Source of the DNA: Candidatus Zhuqueibacterota bacterium
GTDB taxonomy: Bacteria; BS750m-G25
Direction: 5' to 3'
Length of the DNA stretch: 34,644 nt
Assembly: GCA_016783505.1 (NCBI GenBank)
Contig: JADHWK010000022.1
Span: 1 to 34,644 of the forward strand
Below the pieces are notes generated by a model, which made no database searches, had not been told where the DNA came from, and saw nothing but the letters and a program-made list of their open reading frames with translations. Positions 1 through 10,872 of this stretch are shown here, piece by piece (the stretch's first letter is position 1; every line of letters begins with the position of its first letter). A program made the translations under genes and the position numbers.

Positions 1-1
1 G

Positions 2-1904
<1,903 letters not shown>

Positions 1905-1942
1905 TCAAAGAGAAAAAAGGATATTTTCATGAGAAAGAAAAG

Positions 1943-2205
1943 ATGAGTAAAATATGCCATTTTAAGTCTGAGGAAGAGGAAGCCCAATTTTGGGCTATAC
2001 ACGATTTTGCTGACTTTATGGTTGATAGCGAGGAAGTAAATATGGAAATTTCCTCTATCAAAATTACGAAATGTTCTACCTACCGATTTGATCAGTGAAT
2101 GGATTAAGCATGGGATTAAACAGGGTAAAAAATTGCTCTTAAAGTAAAATAATCCTAGATCCGATATCAGATTGAAATGAAGATGCCAAGCTATGGGTAA
2201 AAAAA
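1943..2205 (+). pseudogene. Decayed CopG/BrnA-like type II antitoxin
   Basis: N-terminal FKSEEEEAQFW..HDF.DF motif of CopG-type antitoxins, premature stop at 2098, and RHH-like remnants (IRYQI at 2159, KLWVKK at 2188) in shifted frames. Confidence 0.6.
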
Positions 2206-2277
2206 CCGAGCGACAGACCACATATCGGGACGTTATCGGGGGAAATACCGCCCCAGCGGTTATCGCTCGGTTATTTT
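2199..2277 (-). terminator. Probable intrinsic (possibly bidirectional) terminator between convergent guaB and rpsT units
   Basis: Inverted repeat AACCGAGCGA (2204-2213) / TCGCTCGGTT (2263-2272), flanked by an A-run on the left and TTATTTT on the right. The loop is unusually long. Confidence 0.45.
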
Positions 2278-2295
2278 CGGTTGTTTATAGGGAAA

Positions 2296-2550
2296 CTACG
2301 TTAGGCTATTGACAAGTTGGGTTAACTTTGACTTATGGGTGGCGGCCCTATTACGATGTATGATACCCTTGCTCGCTAATCTATCGAGCAGGGAGATCGC
2401 CTTTTTCAGTTCGACCTGTGCGGTTTCTTTGTCCGAGGATGCCCTCACCTTCTTCAGGGCGGAGCGGAGTCGGGACCTGTATTGGCGATTGCGCTGATTG
2501 GCCTTGAGGTTGGTGCGCATCCTTTTTTTTGCTGATCGGTGTTGGGGCAT
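2296..2550 (-). CDS. rpsT: 30S ribosomal protein S20
   Basis: MPQHRSAKKRMR...LDRLASKGIIHRNRAATHKSKL, 84 aa. Confidence 0.98.
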   Translation of the reverse strand: MPQHRSAKKRMRTNLKANQRNRQYRSRLRSALKKVRASSDKETAQVELKKAISLLDRLASKGIIHRNRAATHKSKLTQLVNSLT

Positions 2551-2574
2551 AATTCCCTTTAATTTGTGGGTGAT

Positions 2575-2603
2575 AATATACGAAAAAAAATCGTCATTGT
2601 CAA
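2575..2603 (-). promoter_or_regulatory. Sigma70-type promoter of rpsT
   Basis: Minus strand TTGACA-N17-TATATT, 24 nt upstream of the rpsT ATG. Confidence 0.75.
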
Positions 2604-2637
2604 TAAGAAATTGTAAGGGTTTATCTTAAGGAAAGGA

Positions 2638-3366
2638 TTGTTCAGTCAGGGTTTGATAGACCGGCTAGAAGGGGCCCGCAGGGTTGTCGTCCTGACCGGG
2701 GCGGGTGTCTCGGCCGAGAGCGGAGTGCCTACCTTTCGGGGTAAAGGCGGGCTATGGAAGAGGTATAAGCCGGAGGAGCTGGCCAACCCTTCTGCCTTCA
2801 TTCGCAACCCCGAGTTGGTCTGGGAATGGTATTCCTATCGCAGGAAGCTTATTGTGGGGATAAAACCCAATTCGGGGCATTACGCCTTGGCCGAGTTGGA
2901 GGGGATGTTCCCCCATTTTGCCCTGATCACCCAGAACATTGATGGACTTCATAAAGCGGCTGGTTCGCGGGTTATCCTTGAATTGCACGGCAATATTATG
3001 AGGAATCGATGCTTCGAATGCAATCGGACCTTCAGGTCCATTGACCCCGGGGACGAGCCCAGGGTTCCCCGATGTTCCTGCGGGGGCTTTATTCGGCCCG
3101 ATGTGGTCTGGTTCGGGGAATCATTGCCCGCCGATCAGTTAAGTCGAGCAATGGAAGCTGCCGAGGGGGCAGAGGTATTCCTTTCCGTGGGGACATCGGC
3201 CCAGGTTCAACCCGCCGCCTCCCTGCCGCTGGTGGCTAAGAGAAACGGAGCCCATGTGGTTGAGATCAACCCCGAGCGGACACCAATTTCCCATCTGGTG
3301 GATGAATTTATTCAAGGGGAATCCGGGGAAGTGTTACCTCAATTGGTTCAAGCAATAAAGGCCTGA
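2638..3366 (+). CDS. cobB: NAD-dependent protein deacylase (sirtuin, class III)
   Basis: GAGVSAESGVPTFRG, TQNIDGLH, ELHG, Zn-binding Cys pairs, RPDVVWFGE, GTS. The WYxxRR motif is typical of desuccinylating class III sirtuins. Confidence 0.95.
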   Translation: MFSQGLIDRLEGARRVVVLTGAGVSAESGVPTFRGKGGLWKRYKPEELANPSAFIRNPELVWEWYSYRRKLIVGIKPNSGHYALAELEGMFPHFALITQNIDGLHKAAGSRVILELHGNIMRNRCFECNRTFRSIDPGDEPRVPRCSCGGFIRPDVVWFGESLPADQLSRAMEAAEGAEVFLSVGTSAQVQPAASLPLVAKRNGAHVVEINPERTPISHLVDEFIQGESGEVLPQLVQAIKA

Positions 3367-3424
3367 AGAATTAACTTTTTATCAATTAGAAGACTATTAT
3401 TTTTGAATATTGTGAGTTCAGGGC

Positions 3425-5395
3425 GTGTACGGCATAATGACTAAGAAAATGTTTATAGAAAAATTTTATCGTTTCTTTTCCTTTGAAAAAAGAGATCACC
3501 TGAATATCTCTCATTATTTTATCGTTTTGCTCACGGCTGTGGTTGTGATATTTTTGGGATGGTCCTGTGCCTATTACAACATTTTTTATAATGCCCAGAA
3601 ATATTATCAAGCGGGTTTAAAGAAAAGTGTTGCCAATCCAACCGGCACTGTTCAGACCCAAGATTACAATAAGGCTATCAAAACCGCCTCCAAGGTTCTG
3701 GAGCTTTATCCCGAGAGCAAATGGGTGGACGACGCCCTGTTGTTGATCGGGAAATCTTATTACCAGATCGAACAGTATCGGAAGTCTATGCGGAAGTTTG
3801 AAGAGCTGTTGGCCAATTTTCCTCAGAGCGAGCTTACGACCGAGGCCCGGCTCTGGCTGGGGAAATCCATGATCGCCATCGGGGAGGTGGATGAAGCCAG
3901 ACAGATTCTCGGGGAACTGGCTGAGGGGGAAAAAAATCCGGAAATTGCCGTAGAGAGCAGGTCCGTCCTGAGCGGACTTATGTTCAGCGAGGGCGAGTAC
4001 TCCCAGGCTATGGAACAATATCAGGAAATCCTGGCCCGGGCTAAGGATAAGAAACTTCTGGCTGAGGTTCAGTATAAGATTGCAGAATGCCTATGGATCC
4101 AGGGGGATTTTAGGGGGGCGGCGAAGGGTTTCAAGGCGGTTTCGAAGTTTAATCCGATCAAAAGCCTGGAATTTGAGGCCCGATTGCGGTATGCCCAGAG
4201 CCTTAAGAAGGCTGAGGAATTTCCGACTGCCCTCAAGGTGTTGAGTCGTCTGATCAAAGATGAGGCATTTGAATCCTATCTTCCCCAGGTAAATCTCGAA
4301 ATAGCTGATTGTCTCCTTCAGGCAGAAAGGCGAGAGGAAGCTATCCAGGAGTATCAGAAAATTATCGAGAATTACCCCAACGACAAGGATGTGTCGGCAC
4401 AGGCTCACTATGAGTTGGGATTGATTTATTGGGAAATCAAGGATTTTCAATCGGCACGCACCCATTTTGATGCCGTTCAGGGGGCAAAGCCCCAGTCAGA
4501 GTGGGCCACCGATTCTAAGGAAAAAATAACCAGCATTGACCGGCTGTTTACGCTTAAGAACGACATCACCGCCCTGAACGATACTCTCGATGCGTTGCAG
4601 ACAGCCCTGAAAGCTTCGCAGGATTCGGTGGTCATTTTGGTCTTAGCTAAACCGGTTGTGTCTGATAGTCTAACTGTTGATTCCGTTGCCGTGACCGATT
4701 CTGTTCGAGGGGAGAGAGTTGATAGGGAAACCGTCCTTGATGATGTTAATGAAAAACAAAAAGTCCTGTTTGAGAAGCGGTTTTTGTTGGCTGAGCATTA
4801 CCTTCATCAGCTATCCGATCCTGATTTAGCTATTGGTCAGCTCAGGCTAATAGGGGGGGCTGATTCGGCCGAATTGGGGATAAAATCACTCTACCTTATG
4901 GGCTACATTTATCGGGAAAAACTTAAACAACAGGCGGTGGCTGACTCTCTTTATCGGCTGATCCTGAAGAGAAGCCCTGATTCGGCCTACGGTCGGGCGG
5001 TCAAAAAGTGGCTGGGTCTTCCCGGGCCAAAGGAGCCCATTGATTCGGCCCTGGTGGCTTTTCTGGATGCGGAACATACGTTCTTTAATACTGATAGCTT
5101 CCAATCAGCCATTATTAAATACCTTCAAGTGGCGGAAAGTTATCCGGGTTCTCCGTATGCGGCGAAAGCCCAGTATTCGGTGGCCTGGACATATGAGAAG
5201 AAACTGGCGGATTATGATAGTGCCGTATCTGCCTATCGCCAGTTGCTGAAGGAATATCCCCACTCCCCCTATGCGGAGGTGGCCCAGCTTAAGATAGCTA
5301 GGGTCATGGAGACCCTGCCGGCGGTCACCGATAGTCTAAGGGTGGGGGAAGGGACTGATCCTGTCCAACAATCTGATCATTCAGGTGAGGAATAA
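3425..5395 (+). CDS. Tetratricopeptide-repeat lipoprotein (SprE/PorW- or BamD/CpoB-like); start codon uncertain
   Basis: Hydrophobic stretch plus GWSC lipobox followed by AYYNIFYNA; many TPR units of the 'L..YP.S...A' type. Confidence 0.85.
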   Translation: MYGIMTKKMFIEKFYRFFSFEKRDHLNISHYFIVLLTAVVVIFLGWSCAYYNIFYNAQKYYQAGLKKSVANPTGTVQTQDYNKAIKTASKVLELYPESKWVDDALLLIGKSYYQIEQYRKSMRKFEELLANFPQSELTTEARLWLGKSMIAIGEVDEARQILGELAEGEKNPEIAVESRSVLSGLMFSEGEYSQAMEQYQEILARAKDKKLLAEVQYKIAECLWIQGDFRGAAKGFKAVSKFNPIKSLEFEARLRYAQSLKKAEEFPTALKVLSRLIKDEAFESYLPQVNLEIADCLLQAERREEAIQEYQKIIENYPNDKDVSAQAHYELGLIYWEIKDFQSARTHFDAVQGAKPQSEWATDSKEKITSIDRLFTLKNDITALNDTLDALQTALKASQDSVVILVLAKPVVSDSLTVDSVAVTDSVRGERVDRETVLDDVNEKQKVLFEKRFLLAEHYLHQLSDPDLAIGQLRLIGGADSAELGIKSLYLMGYIYREKLKQQAVADSLYRLILKRSPDSAYGRAVKKWLGLPGPKEPIDSALVAFLDAEHTFFNTDSFQSAIIKYLQVAESYPGSPYAAKAQYSVAWTYEKKLADYDSAVSAYRQLLKEYPHSPYAEVAQLKIARVMETLPAVTDSLRVGEGTDPVQQSDHSGEE

Positions 5396-5398
5396 GCA

Positions 5399-6208
5399 AT
5401 GGACCCCCGGGTTGTCCAGGAGAAGGTTGAACTGGTAAGGGTTAGCGGCGTTGGGCGGGGGATTTATTTGTTTCGGTTTCGATCCACCCTCATCGCCCGC
5501 TCGGCCTGGCCCGGTCAGTTCGTTCACCTCAGGGTTGACGATGGGAGTTCCCTGACCCTGCGACGGCCTTTCAGTCTCTGTCAGGTAGGGCGAAGTTGGT
5601 TTGAAATATTGTTTAAAGTGGTGGGTCGGGGTACCGAAATCATGGCCAGGAAAAAACCGGGGGATTCCTTGGACATCCTCGGCCCCCTGGGCCGAGGGTT
5701 TTCAGTGGGGGAGAGCTTTTCAGGGGCGGCCATGGTGGCCGGGGGTATGGGAGTAGCCCCGTTTCCCTTTCTGATTCGGGCCTTACGTCGTCAGGGGAAA
5801 CGGGTTTTTCTTTTTCTGGGGGCCAAGAATCAAGATGAACTTTATCTGCCGGATCAGTTAACCAAGGATGTGACCCTGTCCTTAGCCACTGAGGACGGCA
5901 GCAGGGGGTTCAAAGGGCTGATTACCCAATTGGTAGAAAAAAAATTACGGGATCAAAAAGAGTTATTGGGTGGAAAATGGCAATTTTTCGGCTGTGGGCC
6001 CCGGGCCATGCTGGCAAGGCTGAAGGAATTAGCCCTGACCTATAAATTTTCCTGTCAGGTCTCGGTGGAGACCCAACTGGGGTGCGGGATGGGGGTCTGT
6101 CAGGGGTGCGCAGTCCCCGCCGCCCCCAGGGATGAAACTTCATCCCCAAAGTACCATCTGGTCTGCCAGGACGGTCCGGTATTCGATGTTTCGGAAATAG
6201 ATCTTTAA
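5399..6208 (+). CDS. pyrK: Dihydroorotate dehydrogenase electron transfer subunit
   Basis: PGQFV, LRRPFS, GPLGRGF, AGGMG, CGP, and 2Fe-2S motif CGMGVCQGC...VCQDGPVF; adjacent to pyrD. Confidence 0.93.
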   Translation: MDPRVVQEKVELVRVSGVGRGIYLFRFRSTLIARSAWPGQFVHLRVDDGSSLTLRRPFSLCQVGRSWFEILFKVVGRGTEIMARKKPGDSLDILGPLGRGFSVGESFSGAAMVAGGMGVAPFPFLIRALRRQGKRVFLFLGAKNQDELYLPDQLTKDVTLSLATEDGSRGFKGLITQLVEKKLRDQKELLGGKWQFFGCGPRAMLARLKELALTYKFSCQVSVETQLGCGMGVCQGCAVPAAPRDETSSPKYHLVCQDGPVFDVSEIDL

Positions 6209-6222
6209 AGGGAAATAATTTA

Positions 6223-6289
6223 CTGGTAATTATGGGAATGATGGTAACAGAGACCTACGAGTTATACCCATGATATCCATCATTTTCAG
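6223..6289. repeat. Degenerate inverted octamer element
   Basis: Left arm ..TTATGGGAATGATGG and right arm CCATGATATCCATCATTTTCAG, of the same type as the element at 34284-34366. Confidence 0.35.
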
Positions 6290-6349
6290 TGAATCTATTT
6301 AACACACCCGGCTATCACTGCTATATGTTACTATTCATCCTATATCGTT

Positions 6350-6399
6350 TCCCCTCTTTTTAAAGGGGGGAATAAGGGGGGATTTAAAAGGGGGATTTT
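6350..6399. repeat. Short G-rich dispersed palindromic repeat between pyrK and pyrD
   Basis: CCCCTCTTTTTAAAGGGGGG hairpin followed by AAGGGGGGATTT and AAGGGGGATTT units. Confidence 0.5.
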
Positions 6400-6470
6400 G
6401 AGAAAGGCCGAAGGATTCAGAAATAGGATTTAGTGGTAAACTGTTACAAAATGGATTGGGATTTTTCAGA

Positions 6471-7388
6471 ATGAACATTGACCTTTCTGTTGAAATCGGT
6501 TCTTTGAAATTAAAAAATCCGGTTATGGTGGCTTCAGGGACATTTGGGTATGGTGAAGAATATAGGTCCCTGTTGAACCTCAATGGCTTAGCGGCGGTGG
6601 TAACCAAGACAATCACCCTGGAGCCCAGGCCGGGTAATCCGCCCCCTCGGATCGCCGAGACCGAGTGCGGGATGCTGAATTCTATCGGTCTGGCCAACGT
6701 GGGGGTGGAGGCTTTCATCAGGGATAAGCTCCCTTTTTTAAAAACCCTGAAGACCCGGGTTTTGGTTAGCGTCGGGGGAAGCCGCGTAGAGGAGTTTGCC
6801 GAAGTGGTGGCCCGCATTGAAGATGCAGGGGGGGTGGATGGGTATGAGTTGAACGTCTCCTGTCCCAATGTGGCCGGGGAGGGAGTGGCCTTCGGAACCG
6901 ATGCTGACTTAACCCTGGCTATTGTCAAGAGGGTTCGAACGACAACCAAGCGTTCCATAATGGTCAAATTAACCCCGAATGTAACTGTCATCGCCGGGAT
7001 CGCCCGAGCCGCCCAGGAAGGGGGTGCTGACGGTTTGGTGGTGGGCAACACCGTCTTCGGAATGGCTGTGGCTTTGTCCACCAGAAAGCCAAAGCTGGCC
7101 CGCATCATTGGGGGCTATTCGGGGAGGGGCATCAAACCCATCGCCTTGGCCAAGGTGTATGAAGTGGTGCAAGCGGTGGACATCCCGGTAGTGGGCTGCG
7201 GTGGCATCCTGAACGCCCAGGACGTCCTGGAGTTCCTGATCACCGGGGCCAGGGCGATCCAGATAGGGACGGCCACTTTCCTGGATCCAAAAAGCGCTCC
7301 CTCCGTCATCGAAGGGTTGAAGGATTATTGCCGTCAGCATAATATCAACCGAATTACTGACCTGATCGGGACATTGAATACAGAATGA
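6471..7388 (+). CDS. pyrD: Dihydroorotate dehydrogenase family 1B catalytic subunit
   Basis: LKNPVMVASGTFG, GNPPPRIAET, MLNSIGL, catalytic NVSCPN, VKLTPN, GGYSG..IKP; follows pyrK. Confidence 0.96.
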   Translation: MNIDLSVEIGSLKLKNPVMVASGTFGYGEEYRSLLNLNGLAAVVTKTITLEPRPGNPPPRIAETECGMLNSIGLANVGVEAFIRDKLPFLKTLKTRVLVSVGGSRVEEFAEVVARIEDAGGVDGYELNVSCPNVAGEGVAFGTDADLTLAIVKRVRTTTKRSIMVKLTPNVTVIAGIARAAQEGGADGLVVGNTVFGMAVALSTRKPKLARIIGGYSGRGIKPIALAKVYEVVQAVDIPVVGCGGILNAQDVLEFLITGARAIQIGTATFLDPKSAPSVIEGLKDYCRQHNINRITDLIGTLNTE

Positions 7389-7408
7389 CTTCAAGCCCTT
7401 GGAAATTT

Positions 7409-7426
7409 TCCCGATGAATATCGGGA
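7409..7426. repeat. Short REP-like palindrome TCCCGAT-GAAT-ATCGGGA
   Basis: Perfect 7-bp stem; a related copy lies at 26927-26944 and a half-site at 2224-2231. Confidence 0.5.
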
Positions 7427-7622
7427 TTGGTTTTGTAAGCAAAGAAAATAATTAAGTAATGGATGGAGGAAGGGATGGAGTGATGGAATATTGAAGTGTT
7501 GAGGGGTTGGGAAAGAAGGTGTAATGACCTAATCCTTTCCTTCTCAACAATAAAAGGCCATTTTCAAATGTGTTTATCACTAAGGACAGTTGTAAGTCGG
7601 TGTTCGAAATTGTAAGGATAAT

Positions 7623-10340
7623 ATGAATTATTTCCGGACATTCTTCCTATTAATTATTGTCGCCTGTTTTCACAGGACCCTGGCAACAACCCCGGGAAAT
7701 GTATATCTAGTACTGGGGTCAGACACTGCCATCTGGAATGGAATGAATGTAAACCAATATCATTGTTATTATAACATTGATTTATATACCGATCCCCTCC
7801 AAAATGCTTACCAAGTAATGAGCCCGGATTTTAGAGCTCAATTTGTGGATTCTTACGGACAACCACTGAAAATGACCTGGTGGATGATGGCAGGGAATAT
7901 TTTTCGATACGCATCCAATAAAAACGTCCCCTTAGCCAATATCATGACCCTTTATCTAATGCAGAAATACCACGGGAATGCAATTCAACAGAACGGCGAT
8001 GAACTCTCCTTACATTACCATACCTTTAACTGGACCGATTACAACTCCGATGGGGTATACTGGTGGAATCAGGCTCTAGAATTTTCCGAATGCCGCAATG
8101 ATTTTGACCTAACATTGGCCCAATTTCTATTAGAAGAAAATATATTTCCAGTTTCCTTTCGTAGTGGCTGGCACTACATGGACAATGGGTGGCAGAATTA
8201 TCTAAACGAACTTCTCCCTTATAGCATGCACAACGACTGGCCAAATGTCAATACTGATACCACTGAACCATTGGACAACACCTATGACTGGTCCCAGGCT
8301 CCAGCAGAGTTTGTTCCTTACCATCCTTCCCCACAGGACTACCAACTCCCCGGGGATGGCCCCGGATGGAACGTCCGCTCAGCCTACATGTATACTGTGC
8401 GTTACCAAGATTTGATGGACACAATTTTCGCCCAGGCCAATCAGGGAATTGACCAAGTTGCTTGTATCTGGGCTCATTTACCCGAAACTGATTTCCTAGA
8501 GAATATTGCCATTATTGATAGCTTAGCTCACACTGCTGCTGACAACTATCCCGAAGTCGAATTCCAATACTGTACCGCTGTGGAAGCTATGCAGTTTTGG
8601 CGCCAAACATCCGATACGGAAGGACCTGTCCTGACCCTCTCGGAACACCAGACCGGAACCGAAGTATATTTTACAATTACATCTGATGAGCCTTTTTTTC
8701 AGCCTCAACCCTTTGTTGCAGTAAAGAATATTTATGAGCAGTATTCCATTCTTCCCTGTACTTTCCTTGGTCCTAATGAGTGGCAGACAGTTGGGACCTT
8801 GCAAATAGATAGATTGGCTAAAGTAGGCGTGGCCGCCTGTGATACGGTAGGAAATTTGACAACTACCTTTATCCATTTTCTTCCCGATGATATTTACATA
8901 GACAACCAAGACTCCGGGTATGAAGAGGTAAGCGGAAGCTGGACTACCTCGACTCAAGCCGCCTGGGGCGTGGATTCCCGGGTTGCACCGGTATCCCAAA
9001 ATGATACGGCAAAGGTGAGGTGGATTCCTGATATTCAACAGGCGGGTTATTACAATATTTTTATTCAAGTGCCTGGGGTTGATGGTGCTTCCAATCAGGT
9101 TACCTACACTATCAGGCATGCCCAAGGTGCTGATACCACCTACTTCACATCTGAGCTACCTACAATGGACTGGGTTTATATTGGCACTGCATATTTTACG
9201 GATCAATTAGATCATTACCTGGAAATAATGGTCGTTGGGGAATCACCATCCAATCCGGTGGCTGTGGCTGATGTGGCAAAATTTTCGGCATTAGTGCGTG
9301 ACAGGGATATCTACGTAACCCAAAATTTCCTTAACTTTGGTGAAATTAGCGAGGGAGATACTGTTACCGTCAATGTAAATGTAACCAATCGCGGACTCGA
9401 AACTCTGACCCTCTCTGAAGTTTCATCGGTTCATCAGACAATAACCCCTGGACTTAACTTGCCGGTGGAGATCCCAGGAATGGGGCGGCTCACATTACCA
9501 TTACACTTCACCCCACCCAACATTGGGATAATCACCGACACAGTTTTATTTGTCAGTGATGATCCAGTGAAACCTGTTTATAAAGTACCATTAACAGCTA
9601 ACGTTCAGTCCTATTTTGAAATTGTTGACAACGAGGATTCTTTGAATTATAGCGAAGAAGGCACATGGTATTACAGCAACGCCCAAGCCTATGGTCCTAC
9701 GAGTCGTTATGCTTGGTTATTGACTGGTGCCAGCGCCAGCTTTTCTATCACCTTGGAAAGAAGCGGTTTGTATGACCTTTTTGAAATTGTACCCACTACC
9801 CAGAACGCAACTAACTACGCCCTCTATGTAGTTAGTATTTCTAACGTGGCGTTGGACTCAGTTATTATAGATCAGAACGAAGGCAGTGGCTATTGGGTTC
9901 TTCTTGGTCGCTATTACCTACCCGCAGATGTCCTCGTTGAAGTGAAAGTATTGGATACGGGCCAAAGTACGGCGGGCGATGTTCTCCGGGCGGATGCAGT
10001 AAAGTTCCAACTAATCGAGGAAATTACCGCTGCAGACGAAAGATATGATAAAATCATCCCTAAGGAATTCAAATTAAAGCCAAATTACCCCAATCCATTC
10101 AACGCGGTCACCACCATCACTTATGACTTACCACTAAGATCCCCAGTTTCATTAGTCATTTATGATATCCTAGGTCGCCAGGTGAAGGTCCTGATCAATA
10201 AAACACAAGAGGCTGGCCACCAATCTGTGCTATGGGACGGAACCAATGACCACGGGGTACAAGTAAGCTCAGGAATATATTTTTACCGTATCCAAGCCGG
10301 AAATTTCGCTAAGACTCACAGGATGGTCTTGTTGAATTAA
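7623..10340 (+). CDS. Secreted multidomain protein: deacetylase-like (NodB/CE4-type) N-terminal domain, two golvesin/Xly-CBD-like domains, Ig-like domain, T9SS type A / FlgD C-terminal domain
   Basis: Signal peptide; SDT...LHYH...SFRSGW pattern; two 'IDN.D..Y.E.G.W.....A.G...ADV/A.KF' repeats; 'LNFGEI..GDT....V.VTN.G..TL' Ig domain; C-terminal NYPNPFN...IYDILGRQV...WDG...SSGIYFY. Confidence 0.85.
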   Translation: MNYFRTFFLLIIVACFHRTLATTPGNVYLVLGSDTAIWNGMNVNQYHCYYNIDLYTDPLQNAYQVMSPDFRAQFVDSYGQPLKMTWWMMAGNIFRYASNKNVPLANIMTLYLMQKYHGNAIQQNGDELSLHYHTFNWTDYNSDGVYWWNQALEFSECRNDFDLTLAQFLLEENIFPVSFRSGWHYMDNGWQNYLNELLPYSMHNDWPNVNTDTTEPLDNTYDWSQAPAEFVPYHPSPQDYQLPGDGPGWNVRSAYMYTVRYQDLMDTIFAQANQGIDQVACIWAHLPETDFLENIAIIDSLAHTAADNYPEVEFQYCTAVEAMQFWRQTSDTEGPVLTLSEHQTGTEVYFTITSDEPFFQPQPFVAVKNIYEQYSILPCTFLGPNEWQTVGTLQIDRLAKVGVAACDTVGNLTTTFIHFLPDDIYIDNQDSGYEEVSGSWTTSTQAAWGVDSRVAPVSQNDTAKVRWIPDIQQAGYYNIFIQVPGVDGASNQVTYTIRHAQGADTTYFTSELPTMDWVYIGTAYFTDQLDHYLEIMVVGESPSNPVAVADVAKFSALVRDRDIYVTQNFLNFGEISEGDTVTVNVNVTNRGLETLTLSEVSSVHQTITPGLNLPVEIPGMGRLTLPLHFTPPNIGIITDTVLFVSDDPVKPVYKVPLTANVQSYFEIVDNEDSLNYSEEGTWYYSNAQAYGPTSRYAWLLTGASASFSITLERSGLYDLFEIVPTTQNATNYALYVVSISNVALDSVIIDQNEGSGYWVLLGRYYLPADVLVEVKVLDTGQSTAGDVLRADAVKFQLIEEITAADERYDKIIPKEFKLKPNYPNPFNAVTTITYDLPLRSPVSLVIYDILGRQVKVLINKTQEAGHQSVLWDGTNDHGVQVSSGIYFYRIQAGNFAKTHRMVLLN

Positions 10341-10431
10341 CCTATCTTATTTATTATGTAGAAAACAGGAATATGTTTTTCACCAGTTCTCCAACGTTCC
10401 ATCACTCAAGGTTTTTAGTTCTTCAAAAGGC

Positions 10432-10872
10432 ATGAAAACCCTGTTTATTTGCATTGCAATCTTGATCATCTTAATCAGTTGCACCCCCTCCCCTAAGTTT
10501 AAGCGGGGTGGGAAGGCGAAGCCCCCCCCTAAAAAAGAGGAAGTTTTAGCGAATAGACCGGGGGTGTCTGACGTTCAGGTGGGGATAGCCTCCTATTACG
10601 GTGAGGAGTTTCACGGCAAGCCCACCGCCAGCGGTGAGATTTTTGATATGCATAAGCAGTCGGCTGCCCACCGCACCTATCCCCTGGGCACCCGTGCCAG
10701 GGTTACCAATTTACAAAACGGAAAGTCAGTAGTGGTGAAGATAAATGACCGGGGACCGTTCGTCAGTGGGCGTATCATGGACCTTTCCTACGGGGCGGCC
10801 CAGGCGTTAGGGTTCGTTGATCAGGGGACGGCCCGGGTGAAGATCGAGGTGTTAGAATGGGGGAAAAAGTGA
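10432..10872 (+). CDS. rlpA: Septal ring lytic transglycosylase RlpA family lipoprotein (DPBB domain, no SPOR)
   Basis: LISC lipobox; GIASYYG..FHG..TASGE, AAHRTYP, INDRGPF, IMDLS. Confidence 0.93.
   Translation: MKTLFICIAILIILISCTPSPKFKRGGKAKPPPKKEEVLANRPGVSDVQVGIASYYGEEFHGKPTASGEIFDMHKQSAAHRTYPLGTRARVTNLQNGKSVVVKINDRGPFVSGRIMDLSYGAAQALGFVDQGTARVKIEVLEWGKK

Noticed and set aside
6335-7108. 257-aa minus-strand ORF
   Set aside because: Antisense shadow of pyrD running into a repeat.
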